A DNA stretch of 64,000 bases from an uncultured Planctomycetota bacterium (GTDB lineage Bacteria; Planctomycetota; Phycisphaerae; UBA1845; JANYLN01): contig CAWBCK010000001.1 in assembly GCA_963787325.1 (NCBI GenBank), positions 156,924 to 220,923 of the forward strand, given 5' to 3'. Numbering within the stretch: the first letter of the stretch is position 1; every line of letters begins with the position of its first letter. Positions 22,579-32,997 of this stretch are shown one piece after another. The notes under the pieces are model-generated. The model saw only the letters and a list, made by a program, of their open reading frames with translations. It ran no database searches and was not told the DNA's origin. The position numbers were made by a program, and so were the translations under genes.

Positions 22579-22720
22579 ACCGACGCTGCCACGAGTCTGG
22601 GGTGGCAAGGCCCTGCCAGGCAGGGCCATGACGTCTGGATTGCAGATGCTCCAGCCTCTCCGCTTGCGGACAGTGCTCGCTCAATGTGCCCTGACACGAT
22701 GCACCTGCGGCAGAAGCGTT

Positions 22721-23267
22721 CTACAGCGTATCTTTGAGCATCTTGAAATAGCGGTTCAGCACCGGGCGGGGGACGTCCTGCAGGCCGGCTGGCGGCGGGT
22801 TGGCGATAGACACCCTGCTGATCGCATGCTGGGCGGCTGCCTTGCTCTTGCGCAGCTGCATCATCGACCGGTCGGCGTCGCCGAGGTCGCCGTCTGCCAT
22901 CGAACGGACCCATTCGATCACGAGAAACTCGACGTCCTCATCCGTCGTCTCGCCGGAGCCCGTGTCGACCGGCGGCGGAGGTGGCGGCAGATCGACGGGG
23001 CCGCCCTTGGGGACGGCACCTTCCGGGGCGGCCTGTCTTTCCTTGAGCAGGGCGCGCTCGGCGGCGCGGGCCTGTTCTTCCATCTGCCGCCTGCGACGCT
23101 CCTCGTCTTCATCGACGGGGGCACAGGTCGAATTCTTCAACCGTCCCTTCGGGCATCGGAATGTACAGGACACTCTGGCAACTGGGGCACTTGCCCTTCT
23201 TGCCGCCGGCGTCGTCGGGGGCCTTAACGAGTTTGTCACAGAAATTGCAGTGAAATTCGATCGCCAT
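22721..23267 (-). CDS. zinc-ribbon domain protein (CxxC...CxxC N-terminus) of unknown function; frameshift in a G5/C5 homopolymer at 23115-23119
   Basis: ATG at 23267 gives MAIEFHCNFCDKLVKAPDDAGGKKGKCPSCQSVLYIPMPEGTVEEFDLCP, then an in-frame stop. The track ORF (GTG at 23272, other frame) continues as a Pro/Glu-rich C-terminal region. Confidence 0.55.
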
Positions 23268-23272
23268 GTCAC

Positions 23273-24626
23273 TCACTCCCGGTCTTTTGTGCGATGGTGC
23301 GACCTGAACATCAGTCTAATCGGAACCTCGCCATAGGGCAAAATCTCGCGGAGGCGGTTCAGCAGGAACCGCCGATAGTCCTGGGCGAGCAGGCCGGGAT
23401 CGTTGACGAAGGCGACGACCGTCGGCGGCTGAATGGCGACCTGCGATAGATAGTAAAACTTGGGAATCTTACCGCCGCTCGCGCCCATCGGCTGCCGCGC
23501 TGCGACGGCGTCGCGCAGGGCCTTGTTCAGTTCCGCCGTGCCGACGCGGGTCTGGCTCTGGCGGAACAGCTCCAGCGCCAGGTCGACCACGTCCCAGACC
23601 CCCCGGCCGTCCTTGCCGGCCGTCAGGGCGATCGGGGCATACTCGATGCCCGGCAACGTCTTGCGCGAGATACTCCTGGTAGGCGTCGGGGTCGTCCTTG
23701 TTCTTCTGCTCGGCCAGATCCCACTTGCTGACGACGATGATGACCGGGATGTACAGGTCGGCGATGTAGCGGGCGAGTTTCTTGTCGACGTCGGTAACAG
23801 GCATCGTCGAGTCGATGAACAGCAGGGCAACGTCCGCCCGGCGGATCGACCGCTGGGCGCGGGCGAAACTGTAGAACTCGATATCGCTGCCAAACTTGCC
23901 CTTCTTGCGGATGCCGGCGGTATCAATTGCGACGAAGGTCTGGCCGTCGCGTTCGAACCGGACGTCGATGCTGTCGCGGGTCGTACCCGGGGTCTCGCTG
24001 ACGATGACCCGCTCCTGGCCGGCGATGGCGTTGATGAAGGTGCTCTTGCCGACATTCCGTTTGCCGACCACAGCCAGCTTCATGACGGGCTCGATCGGGG
24101 CCGTCTCGCAGTAGCCGACACGCTCGATGATCCGATCGAACAGCTCCTCGATACCGCGCTTGTGGGCGGCCGAAGTGGGCAAAGGCTCATCAAACCCCAG
24201 GGCCCAGAACTCGCCGACCTGGCTGTCCATCTTGAGGTTGTCGGACTTGTTGGTCACGAGGATCACGGGCCGGTCGATGCGGCGCAGCAGGTCCGCCACC
24301 TTCTGGTCGAGCGGCTGGACGCCGGCCTTGGCGTCGACGATGAACAGCACAAGCGACGCCTCGGCCACCGCGAAGCCGATCTGGGCCTCGACGTGTTCGG
24401 TAAGCCGGTCGGGGTCTTCGATGCCCATGCCACCCGTGTCCACCAGTTCAAAGTACACGCCGTGATGCTCGCAGAGCGTGCTCACGCGGTCGCGCGTAGT
24501 GCCCGCCGTCGGGTCCACGATGCTGATCCGCCGCCCGGCCAGGATGTTCAAGAGGCTGCTCTTGCCGACGTTAGGCCGGCCGACAATGGCGACGATGGGC
24601 AGTTTGTGTAAGGTTGATTCAGACAT
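23273..24626 (-). CDS. der: ribosome-biogenesis GTPase Der (EngA); frameshift near 23668
   Basis: Two GTPase domains (GRPNVGKSS and GKRNVGKST, with DTGG/DTAG) plus a KH-like C-terminal domain in an overlapping ORF (...GIEYAPIALTAGKDGRGV...). Confidence 0.9.
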
Positions 24627-24903
24627 AGTTTACGGTCACGTCTTTCAGCGGTAGGTTCGCGATGGGGGCCGGGGACATCCGTGCGTCCCTGCGGAACTCA
24701 ACGTCGAAACAAACACAATCTGTTATAGGTCCTTTGGCTCCCCGGCTCAGAAGGGCCGGGCGACTATCATACCGTCCCGGGACGGACTCGCACTACGCGC
24801 CAATCCAGGTCCGGACGCCGAACATCGCGTATTATAGCCGGAGCCAGGCCCGGGGTTAATCAAGAACCCATGGCCTGGCTCGACTGCGGGCGCGCTCCAC
24901 CTC

Positions 24904-25967
24904 TTATTTTAGCGGCAGGTCGACCGCTTTGTGCTCCTTGGCGCTCTTGTAGATGGCCAGGATGATCTCCACGCCCTTGCGGGCCTCCCGTCCGTCGATC
25001 AGCGGCCGGCGGTTGTTGTCCAGCGCATCGAGGAACTCGGCGATATTGCGGCGGTGCCCCTCGGCCGACAGCCCGGCGCCGGGGCTCGACGCGCCGGTGG
25101 ACACTGCCGGGAAGGCGACCTTCTCCTGGCGGATCCGCTCGTCCTCCGGCGTCTCCTTCTTGAACTGCCAGAAGAAGAACGCGCTGTCCGCCATCGCGAC
25201 GCTGCCCTCCTCGCCGGACACCTCGACAATGCGGAAGTGGCCCGGCCACATGCTGGTCGTGCACGCGATAGTGCCCAGCGCGCCGTTGGCGAATTCGACC
25301 GCCGCCGACCCGGTGTCTTCCACCTCGATCCGCTTATGGGCCAGTGTGGCCGCGAATGCCTGCACGCTTTTTACCGGACCCATCAGCCATTGAAGCATAT
25401 CGATGGTGTGAATCCCCTGGTTCATCAGGCGCCCCCGCCGTCATACTGCATCGTCCCTTTCCAGCCGCCCTCGTCGTAATACGACTGATCCCGCCACCAG
25501 GGCCCATACGCCATCCCGAATGTCAGGCGGCCGAACCGTCCCCCGGCCACGGCCGCCTTAAACGCCTGCGCCGTTTCGGTGAACCGGCCGTTAAAAAACC
25601 CGCCGATCTTCGTGCCGGCCTTGTCGTGCGCTTCAAGGATGCGGTCGATCCGGTCGAGCGTGATCTCGATCGGTTTTTCAATGATGACATGCTTGCCAGC
25701 CGCCGCAGCATCGACGGCCGGCTCCATATGCGCCCCGCTGGGCGTGGCGATCGTGACGATATCAACGTTCGGATCGTTGATCAGGTCCTTATAGTCCCGG
25801 TACATCGTGGTGCCGGGGAATTTCTCGCTGAATTTGGCCACGCTCTTGTCAGACCGCGCACAGCCAGCCACAAGTTTGGCGTTGGGCAATTGCTGGATCG
25901 CCTGGGCATGGAACTCCCCGATAAAGCCGGCGCCGATGACGCCGATACCGTATGTCTTGGGCATTTT
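24904..25967 (-). CDS. Gfo/Idh/MocA-family NAD(P)-dependent oxidoreductase; frameshift at about 25425
   Basis: N-terminal Rossmann GVIGAGFIGEFHA, then ...YDGGGA|LMNQGIHTIDM...; two abutting ORFs. Confidence 0.8.
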
Positions 25968-26062
25968 TTCGCCTCCCTTTTCCACCAATCTGAACGGGGC
26001 TGAGTATAGCGTGGCAAGCCGAGTAACGACAGGACTGGAGTGCTGAGTGCTGCCAGACGCCG

Positions 26063-26683
26063 CTATCTTTGTACCGCATACTTCCTGGCAGCCAGGAGGT
26101 CTTTCAGCGATCGGGGGGCTTCCGCCGGGGCAGGCGTGATGGCGAATTCCTCGATTATCTGCGGGTTCGTTTGGTGGTAGGTCGTCAAAGCCTGTTGGCC
26201 GGCTTCCGCTGTGTCGCCGCCTTCATACGCTGCTTCCAGCAACCAGCGGCTGACTTCGTCGGTGCACTCTGCCGCGTAGATCAGGGCCGTCACGTAGGGC
26301 ATGTCAGCATCTGGCAGATGGGCGAGCTGGAGGCGGGCCGTGCAGGGAAACGTGCCGGGCGCGGCAGTCTTCAGCGTCTCGAAGTCGGCTCTCGCCTGAG
26401 TTTCGTGCTCGCGCGGGAAGAACATGCCTTCTTCGGTCTTACGCCGGAAACGATCTGCCGGGACACTGATCAGATCCAGCGTGCCGTCCGGTTGGGCCCG
26501 GTAGATGCGATAGACCTGCATCTGCGGGAATTCGTCGGAAGCGACAAGCGTAGCGACCTCGGCGGCAACGTACCCCACGCAAATCCCGTCGCCGAAGTCG
26601 ATGATGTACAGGCCGCGGTAGCGCCGAGGATCAGTCAGGCGCGGCAGACGACCTAATGGCGGCTGAGGGTTGTGTTCGCTCAT
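26063..26683 (-). CDS. hypothetical protein (206 aa), translationally coupled to tyrS
   Basis: Intact ORF. Its ATG directly abuts the tyrS TAA (zero spacer). No recognisable motif. Confidence 0.5.
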   Translation of the reverse strand: MSEHNPQPPLGRLPRLTDPRRYRGLYIIDFGDGICVGYVAAEVATLVASDEFPQMQVYRIYRAQPDGTLDLISVPADRFRRKTEEGMFFPREHETQARADFETLKTAAPGTFPCTARLQLAHLPDADMPYVTALIYAAECTDEVSRWLLEAAYEGGDTAEAGQQALTTYHQTNPQIIEEFAITPAPAEAPRSLKDLLAARKYAVQR

Positions 26684-27910
26684 TTAGCCCGTGACAACCT
26701 TGGCGACCCGGCGTTTGCCCACTTGCAGAATAATGCCGTCCTTGATCTCGATCTGGGCCTTTACGTCGGTGACCTTCTGCTCGTTGACGGTTACGCCACC
26801 GCCGTCGACCAGTCGCCTACCTTCACTGGTCGATGGCGCGAATCCGACCATCTGCAGCAACTTGGCGATCCAGATCTTACCATCCTGCACCTGGTCAGCC
26901 GGGATCTTCACCTCGGGAATGTCCTCGCGGATCTGCCCTTGCTTGAAGACCTTCACGAACTGCTCGGCTTCGTCGTCAGCCGCCTGCTGATCGTAGTAGG
27001 TCGCGACGATCTCCTTGGCGAGAACCTCCTTGGCTTTTCGCGGGTGGGTCTTGTCCCCGTTGCAGAGCGTGTCGATCTCCTCGACGGGCCGGCTGGTCAG
27101 CAGCGTGAACCACTGCCGCATCAGGCTGTCGGGGATCGACATCGTCTTGCCGAACATGTCCTTGGCGCTGTCCGTCAGGCCGACATAGTTGCCCAGCGAC
27201 TTGCTCATCTTCTGCGTGCCGTCGAGGCCCGTCAGGATCGGCATGATCATGACGCACTGCGGGGCCTGGCCGGCGTCCTTCTGGAGGTCCCGGCCGACCA
27301 GGTTGTTGAAGGTCTGGTCGGTGCCGCCGAGTTCGAGGTCGCTTTGGATGGCAACGCTGTCGGTGCCCTGCAGCAGCGGGTACATGAACTCATGCAGGTA
27401 GATCTCGACGCCGGACTTATACCGCTTCTCGAAGGTGTCGCGTTCCAGCATGCGGGCGACGGTCATCTTGCTGGCCATCTTCAGGGCGTCGGAGAGGTTC
27501 ATCTTGCCCAGCCAGTCGCTGTTGCGGGTGACCTCGATGGCGTCGCCGTCCATCTTCAGGATCTTGCCGGCCTGGTTGAAGTAGGTCTCCGCGTTGGCCT
27601 TGACCTCGTCCGGCGACAGGACGGGCCGGGTCTTGTTCTTGCCGGTCGGGTCGCCGATCATCGCGGTGTAGTCGCCGATGATCAGGACGGCCTTATGTCC
27701 CAAGTCCTGAAACTGGCGCATCTTGCGCAGAACGACGCTGTGGCCGAGGTGGATATCCGGCGCGGACGGGTCCAGGCCGAGTTTGATCCGCAGCGGCTTG
27801 CCGGACTTACAGGACTTCTCGAGTTTGCCGCGGAGTTCCTGCTCGGTGTAGACGGCTTCGCAGCCTCTCAGCAGGGTCTTGAGCTGTTCGTCGACCGGTG
27901 CAAATGGCAT
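26684..27910 (-). CDS. tyrS: tyrosine--tRNA ligase
   Basis: 408 aa; HIGH motif (PDIHLGH), KMSKS motif (KMSKSLGN), and a C-terminal S4-like domain. Confidence 0.95.
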   Translation of the reverse strand: MPFAPVDEQLKTLLRGCEAVYTEQELRGKLEKSCKSGKPLRIKLGLDPSAPDIHLGHSVVLRKMRQFQDLGHKAVLIIGDYTAMIGDPTGKNKTRPVLSPDEVKANAETYFNQAGKILKMDGDAIEVTRNSDWLGKMNLSDALKMASKMTVARMLERDTFEKRYKSGVEIYLHEFMYPLLQGTDSVAIQSDLELGGTDQTFNNLVGRDLQKDAGQAPQCVMIMPILTGLDGTQKMSKSLGNYVGLTDSAKDMFGKTMSIPDSLMRQWFTLLTSRPVEEIDTLCNGDKTHPRKAKEVLAKEIVATYYDQQAADDEAEQFVKVFKQGQIREDIPEVKIPADQVQDGKIWIAKLLQMVGFAPSTSEGRRLVDGGGVTVNEQKVTDVKAQIEIKDGIILQVGKRRVAKVVTG

Positions 27911-28089
27911 CGCTTGCTACCTCGTATCAGGGCGTCGGATTCACGAAAAACAGATTGGGGCATGGTAACGGGTGCCCGGGGTTGGGCAATGAGGCGCAAG
28001 GCAGGCCGCCAGCCGGGCCGGATACTCTGCCAGGCGGCTCAGCATGGCAGTCAGCCGTGATGCAGCCGACCTGCCGAGGCATTAATGCA

Positions 28090-29115
28090 TCATGTGCTGC
28101 TGGGGTCGTCGCTGACCCTGACTACGAGTTTGCCGAAGTTCCCGCCGGTAAACAGCCCCAGGAAAGCCTCGGGGGCGTTAGCCAGCCCATCCCGGATATC
28201 GAGCCGGTAGCGAATCTGACCACTCCTGATCCAGGCCGCCATGTCACGCAGGAAGGCCTTCTGCCGCCGGCGATGGTCGTAAACGATCATGCCCTGGATC
28301 ATGACCCGTCGCGTCAGAACGGAGTGCAGGTTGGGGCCCGGCGGCGGGTTCTCGTCGGTGTACTGCGAGATCATGCCGACCAGGGGAATCCGGGCGTGCA
28401 GGTTGCATTGCTGGAGGACCGCTTCGAGCATCGGGCCGGCCACCATGTCCGTGTAGATGTCGATGCCGTCCGGGCAGGCCTGGCGGAGGGCGTCAGTCAG
28501 GTTGGCTGTCTTGTAGTTGATGGCCGCGTCATAGCCGATCTCACGCAGATACTGGCATTTCTCATCCGAGCCGGCGGTCCCCACAGCCCTGCAATTTTTG
28601 ATCTTGGCGATCTGGCCGACGACCGAGCCGACCGCGCCGGAGGCCGCCGAGACGACCACGGTCTCGCCGGGCTTGGGCTTGGCGATATCCAGCAGCGACA
28701 CATAGGCGGTCATGCCGGGCATGCCCAGCACGCCGAGAGCGTAAGCGATTGGGGCGTCAGACGGGTCGAGTTTGCGGAGGTCCCGCCCGGCCGAGACACC
28801 ATAGGCCTGCCAGCCGTCATAGCCGAGCACGAAGTCGCCTTCGGCCAGGTTGCGGTGCCGTGACTTGACGACCTGGCTGACGGTAGCGCCGGGCATGACG
28901 TCCCCGACGTCGGTCGGCTGCGCGTATGACGGGCCGGACTTCATCCGCATGATCATGTAAGGATCCAGCGACAGATAGATCGTGCGGCAGAGCACCTGGT
29001 TATTGGCGGGCTCAGGGATGGGGCCTTCCGCCAGTTCGAAGTCTTCGGCTGTCGGTTGGCCGCTGGGACGGCTCTTAAGGCGGACCTGCAGGTTCGTCTG
29101 ATCTGACATGGGCAT
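28090..29115 (-). CDS. NADP-dependent oxidoreductase, MDR superfamily (alkenal/one reductase, YncB/PTGR-like)
   Basis: 341 aa; AASGAVGSVVGQIAK cofactor motif; family-typical N-terminus. Confidence 0.85.
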   Translation of the reverse strand: MPMSDQTNLQVRLKSRPSGQPTAEDFELAEGPIPEPANNQVLCRTIYLSLDPYMIMRMKSGPSYAQPTDVGDVMPGATVSQVVKSRHRNLAEGDFVLGYDGWQAYGVSAGRDLRKLDPSDAPIAYALGVLGMPGMTAYVSLLDIAKPKPGETVVVSAASGAVGSVVGQIAKIKNCRAVGTAGSDEKCQYLREIGYDAAINYKTANLTDALRQACPDGIDIYTDMVAGPMLEAVLQQCNLHARIPLVGMISQYTDENPPPGPNLHSVLTRRVMIQGMIVYDHRRRQKAFLRDMAAWIRSGQIRYRLDIRDGLANAPEAFLGLFTGGNFGKLVVRVSDDPSST

Positions 29116-29311
29116 CGCCTCCTCTTGGGCGAGCAGGCTGTCTGTCCCTGCTCGCGGCTCTGGTCAATTGTAGGAGCCGGCTGAAAGGGGCCTGCCGGAG
29201 AGGGCAAGAGGAAAACCCTGTGCCGCCAGGGAAGTCCGGCCGAAGCCAAACCAGAAGTGTCCGCGAGCCTGCTGACGTTCCGAACTCCTGGCGACCAGGC
29301 GCCAAGCGGAT

Positions 29312-29554
29312 CTACTCCGCAGGCGAGTCGGCGATCTCAACCGTGTCGCTCAGGTCGACTTCCATCATCATCTTTCTCATCGTGCCGTCGTACGGGTCGA
29401 GGCGGGTGAGGTTCAGCCGCGTGCGCATCGTGCCGTCGGAATGATCGGCCTGCTGTTTGACGCCTGCCACCTGCCAGGGGATCTCCCGTATGATAACGGT
29501 CGGGCCTTCGCCCAATCGGTCGATCAGTTCGCGGACGGTAATGCGCGTGGACAT
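29312..29554 (-). CDS. small hypothetical protein (80 aa)
   Basis: Strong GAGGAGG RBS 7 nt upstream of ATG; MSTRITVRELIDRLGEGPTVIIREIPWQV...; downstream of the GNAT gene. Confidence 0.5.
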   Translation of the reverse strand: MSTRITVRELIDRLGEGPTVIIREIPWQVAGVKQQADHSDGTMRTRLNLTRLDPYDGTMRKMMMEVDLSDTVEIADSPAE

Positions 29555-29689
29555 CTGGCGTAGCCTCCTCACTCGTTGACCCAGCGGAGCCGCGATGAAC
29601 CGGCCCCTGAGGGCTGCTTTGGTATGAGGCATTATACCGGAGACAGGCCGGATGGGGACAGGGTGCAGACAGCCGTACAGGGCTCGCCG

Positions 29690-30155
29690 AGACTACGGTT
29701 GCCAATTCCTCTTTCGCATGTGCACCAGCGTCAGATCGTGCTGAGGGCTCGTCATGTACACATGGTAACCGAGTGCCGGTACAGCCGGATATTGCCCTCG
29801 CTTCTGTCGCCGGTGAACAGTCAAAACACTTGGCGGAGGCGAACCTCTCTTCGATGGCCTGCATCAGACGCGTCGCGATGCCGCGCCGCTGAAAGGCCGG
29901 GTGTACAAACAGCCGGGCGATGTGACACGTCTCGTCTCTAAGAGCGGCCCGCACCGATCCGACCAGCCGGCCGTCGACTGTCGCCTTGAGGATGGTATGC
30001 GTGGCGAACTGCGACTGGATCTCGGCCAGGGTCTGCGTCATCGGCGGGATGGCAAAGTCGTTGTAGAGTTCCGCCTCACTGCGATAGGCCAGCTTCTGCA
30101 GCGAGAGGATCTGCTCGGCATCGGCTATCTGGGCGTCCTGAATGGAGATACGCAT
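29690..30155 (-). CDS. GNAT family N-acetyltransferase; two frameshifts (near 29800 and 29745)
   Basis: MRISIQDAQIADAEQIL...RLFVHPAFQRRGIATRLM (acetyl-CoA site). After the shifts the end reads ...FTGDRSEGNIRLYRH.GYHVYMTSPQHDLTLVHMRK. Confidence 0.7.
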
Positions 30156-30225
30156 AACCGTCACATCGATAGAACCGCAAAGAGCAACGAAACAAGGGTA
30201 ACGACAACGACAAGAAACGGCAATA

Positions 30226-30248
30226 TCAACCGCAGAAGGCGCAAAAGG
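30226..30248. repeat. 23-bp exact repeat copy A (caaccgcagaaggcgcaaaaggc)
   Basis: Identical to 37672..37694. Both copies are intergenic. Confidence 0.8.
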
Positions 30249-30453
30249 CCCAGAAGCAACAGCGGCAACAACGCAAGATGGGCCACTTAAGGTGTTTCGA
30301 TTCGCTTGCACCTTGCGGCGTTGGTGATGGCTGGTATCCTGTATTCCGCACGGGCTGGCGGACGTCTGCCTGGTTGCAACCCTTCTTAGAAAGATGGCAG
30401 GGCTGGGCGGACAATATCTGTCGACGCACAGGTTTCGCACAAGGAGCAGATCC

Positions 30454-31170
30454 GTGACAGGCTGGACACAGTGGTGGCATGGGCTGACGATCCTGAACCA
30501 GCTGTTTTTCAGCGGGGCGCTGTTTTTCAGCATCCTGTTCCTCTGGCAGATGATCGGCAGCCTCGTCGGGCTGATCGACGTTCACGACCTCGACGTCGGG
30601 CACCCTGATGGCGGGTTCGATCATCCGGATATCGGCGCCGCGCACGATGGCCTCGATGGCGACAGCGGAGCGACCGGCGCACACGATGCCCAGCCGGATT
30701 CGTCCTACGGCCAGACCCACGATGGCCATGGTTCGCTGGCGGACTTCAAACTGCTGACGGTGCGGTCGATCCTGGCGTGCTTTACGCTGTTCTTCTGGGC
30801 CGGCTCGCTGTACATGGCGAACGATACGGCGCTGTTCTGGAGCTTCTGCTACGCCGCACTTTGGGGACTGGTCGCGATGTTCAGCGTGGCACTGGCCCTG
30901 TATCTGCTGCAGCGTCTGACGTTCATCGGTACGCAGAACATCGCCAGCTGCGTTGGTACGCGCGGGGTAGTCTACCTGGACATCCCGGCCGACGGCCAGG
31001 GTGAGGTGCGGGTGCTGGTCAGCGGCGCGATCTCCTGCGTCAAGGCACGGTCGCGGCAGGGACAGGCGATCAGCGCCGGCACGCCGGTTCGGGTGGTCCG
31101 CGCGCTGGGGGCGGTGACCATCGAGGTCGAGCCGGCGCAGGAAGCCTCTGCCCTGAATGAATCGTTGTAA
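30454..31170 (+). CDS. NfeD-like / YuaF-YqiJ-like membrane protein (flotillin-associated)
   Basis: GTG start with an AAGGAG RBS; N-terminal TM helices; C-terminal OB-fold-like region (EVRVLVSGAISCVKARS...VRVVRALGAVTIEV). Immediately upstream of flotillin. Confidence 0.7.
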   Translation: MTGWTQWWHGLTILNQLFFSGALFFSILFLWQMIGSLVGLIDVHDLDVGHPDGGFDHPDIGAAHDGLDGDSGATGAHDAQPDSSYGQTHDGHGSLADFKLLTVRSILACFTLFFWAGSLYMANDTALFWSFCYAALWGLVAMFSVALALYLLQRLTFIGTQNIASCVGTRGVVYLDIPADGQGEVRVLVSGAISCVKARSRQGQAISAGTPVRVVRALGAVTIEVEPAQEASALNESL

Positions 31171-31210
31171 CAGCAATGTGTAATTCACTGCCCTATAAGG
31201 AGACCTTTCA

Positions 31211-32791
31211 ATGTACGCTTCGGTGGATTTTCTGGCGGCGATGAGCGGTGGCACTATCTTCCTGCTGCTGGCGCTGTTTATTGCGATGGCGCTGATCTGC
31301 GCGTTCATGGCGACGATCGGGCGGTACAAACGGTGCCCGTCCAACAGGATCCTGGTGATCTACGGATGGACCGGCAGCGGGGCGGCCAGGTGTATCCATG
31401 GTGGGGCCGCGTATGTGTGGCCGCTCGTGCAGGATTATGCCTACCTCGACCTGGAGCCGTTCGTGGTGCCGATCGACCTGGCGAACGCGCTGTCGCAGGA
31501 GAACATCCGCGTGGCGGTGCCGACGACGGTGACGGCGGCGATCTCGAATCAGCCGGGGGTGATGCAGAACGCGGCGGTCCGGCTGCTGGGGCAATCGGCC
31601 AAGCAGATCGAGGAGCAGGCGACGGACATCATCCTGGGGCAGATGCGGGCGGTGATCGCGACGATGAAGATCGAGGAGATCAACCGCGACCGGCAAGGGT
31701 TCATGGCGAAGGTCAATGAGGCGGTCAGCGTCGAGCTCGAGAAGATCGGGCTGACGGTCATCAACGTCAACATCCGCGATATTCAGGATGAGTCGGGGTA
31801 CATCACGGCGCTGGGTCGCAAGGCGGCGGCAGAGGCGATCAACCAGGCGAATATCGACGTGGCGGAGCAGGAGCGGATCGGCAGGATCGGCGTGGCGGAG
31901 CGGCAGCGCGATACGCGCGTGGCGGTGGCAGCGGCGACCGCGCAGGCGGAGATCGGCGAGGCGCAGGCGGATCAGACCAAGCGGCAGCAGATCGCGGCCG
32001 CCCATGCGCAGGCGGAGATCGGTGAGGCGGATGCCTCCCGCACCAAGCGTCAGCAGATGGCGGCGCTGGACGCGGAGGCTGTCAGCAAGGAAACCGAGGC
32101 GTCGGTGAAGAAGGCGGCATTCAAGGCCAATCAGCGAGTCGCGGAGGAAGAGGCGCGGCAGCGGTCGGAGTCGGCCGCCAAGCTGGCGGACGGTGAGATT
32201 CGGGCGGCGCAGGAACTGGCGGCCAAGAAGGCGGAAGAGGCACGGTCGCTGCGCGAGGCGGCGCGGTACAACGCGGAGGTCGTCGTGCCGGCCGAGGCCC
32301 TCAAGCAGAAGGTAGTCATCGAGGCGGAGGCCCAAAAGCAGCATGTGATCCGGCTGGCGGAAGGCGAGGCCGAGGGGACGCTGGCGAAGATGACGGCAGA
32401 GGCCAAGGGTCTGCAGGCGATCCTGGAGGGTAAGGCGGACGGCTATCGCGACCTGGTTGGTGCGTGCGGTGGCGATAAGGGCGCGGCGGCGCTGCTGCTG
32501 ATCGAGAAGATGCTGGAGGTCAGCAGGGTGCAGGCAGAGGCCATCCGCAACCTGCCGCTGGAGAAGATCATCGTCTGGGACGGCGGCAACGGGGCCGGCA
32601 TGGAAGGTCTTGGCAAGCGGCTTATGGGCGTGCTGCCGCCGATGCACGAACTGGCGAAGCAGGTTGGATTGGAGATGCCGGAGTTTCTGGGCAAGATCGA
32701 CCAACAGGTGGACGGGAAGACGGATGGCAAGGGCGCCGGCCGGGTTGCTGCCGTGGCTGATGGGAAGCCGGATGGTAGCCGGAAGGCCTGA
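31211..32791 (+). CDS. flotillin-family SPFH/band-7 protein (FloT/YuaG-like)
   Basis: 526 aa; N-terminal TM, SPFH domain, long Ala/Glu-rich coiled-coil repeats (AEIGEAQAD...). Confidence 0.9.
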   Translation: MYASVDFLAAMSGGTIFLLLALFIAMALICAFMATIGRYKRCPSNRILVIYGWTGSGAARCIHGGAAYVWPLVQDYAYLDLEPFVVPIDLANALSQENIRVAVPTTVTAAISNQPGVMQNAAVRLLGQSAKQIEEQATDIILGQMRAVIATMKIEEINRDRQGFMAKVNEAVSVELEKIGLTVINVNIRDIQDESGYITALGRKAAAEAINQANIDVAEQERIGRIGVAERQRDTRVAVAAATAQAEIGEAQADQTKRQQIAAAHAQAEIGEADASRTKRQQMAALDAEAVSKETEASVKKAAFKANQRVAEEEARQRSESAAKLADGEIRAAQELAAKKAEEARSLREAARYNAEVVVPAEALKQKVVIEAEAQKQHVIRLAEGEAEGTLAKMTAEAKGLQAILEGKADGYRDLVGACGGDKGAAALLLIEKMLEVSRVQAEAIRNLPLEKIIVWDGGNGAGMEGLGKRLMGVLPPMHELAKQVGLEMPEFLGKIDQQVDGKTDGKGAGRVAAVADGKPDGSRKA

Positions 32792-32821
32792 CGTAACGCC
32801 TTCACATAGAAGTCCGTTCGA

Positions 32822-32858
32822 GCGAATCCCTGAGATGATCGGGGATTCGCTTGTTTCT
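32822..32858 (+). terminator. rho-independent terminator after the flotillin gene
   Basis: gcgaatccc-tgagatgatc-gggattcgc (9-bp perfect stem) followed by ttgtttct. Confidence 0.75.
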
Positions 32859-32869
32859 ATCGCGGCCGA

Positions 32870-32997
32870 ACAACCCGGGCTGACGCCTCGGGCTTCAAGA
32901 CAACCTGACAACCCGGGCTGACGCCTCGGGCTTCAAGACAACCTAACAACCCGGGCTGACGCCTCGGGCTTTCAAACAACGCAACCACCTGGGCTGG
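32870..32997. repeat. tandem ~38-bp repeat, 3 units (acaacccgggctgacgcctcgggcttcaagacaacct) plus a partial fourth unit
   Basis: Units at 32870-32907, 32908-32945 and 32946-32986 (third unit degenerate). Confidence 0.8.

Noticed and set aside
24738-24760. Hairpin cccggc-tcagaagg-gccggg as a terminator of the Gfo/Idh gene
   Set aside because: No U-tract follows on the transcribed (minus) strand. It is too weak to call.
29337-30533. 398-aa ORF spanning the GNAT gene and upstream DNA
   Set aside because: Only residues 127-~260 (the GNAT domain) are homologous to anything. The rest is read-through created by the two frame breaks and by the lack of stops in GC-rich sequence.
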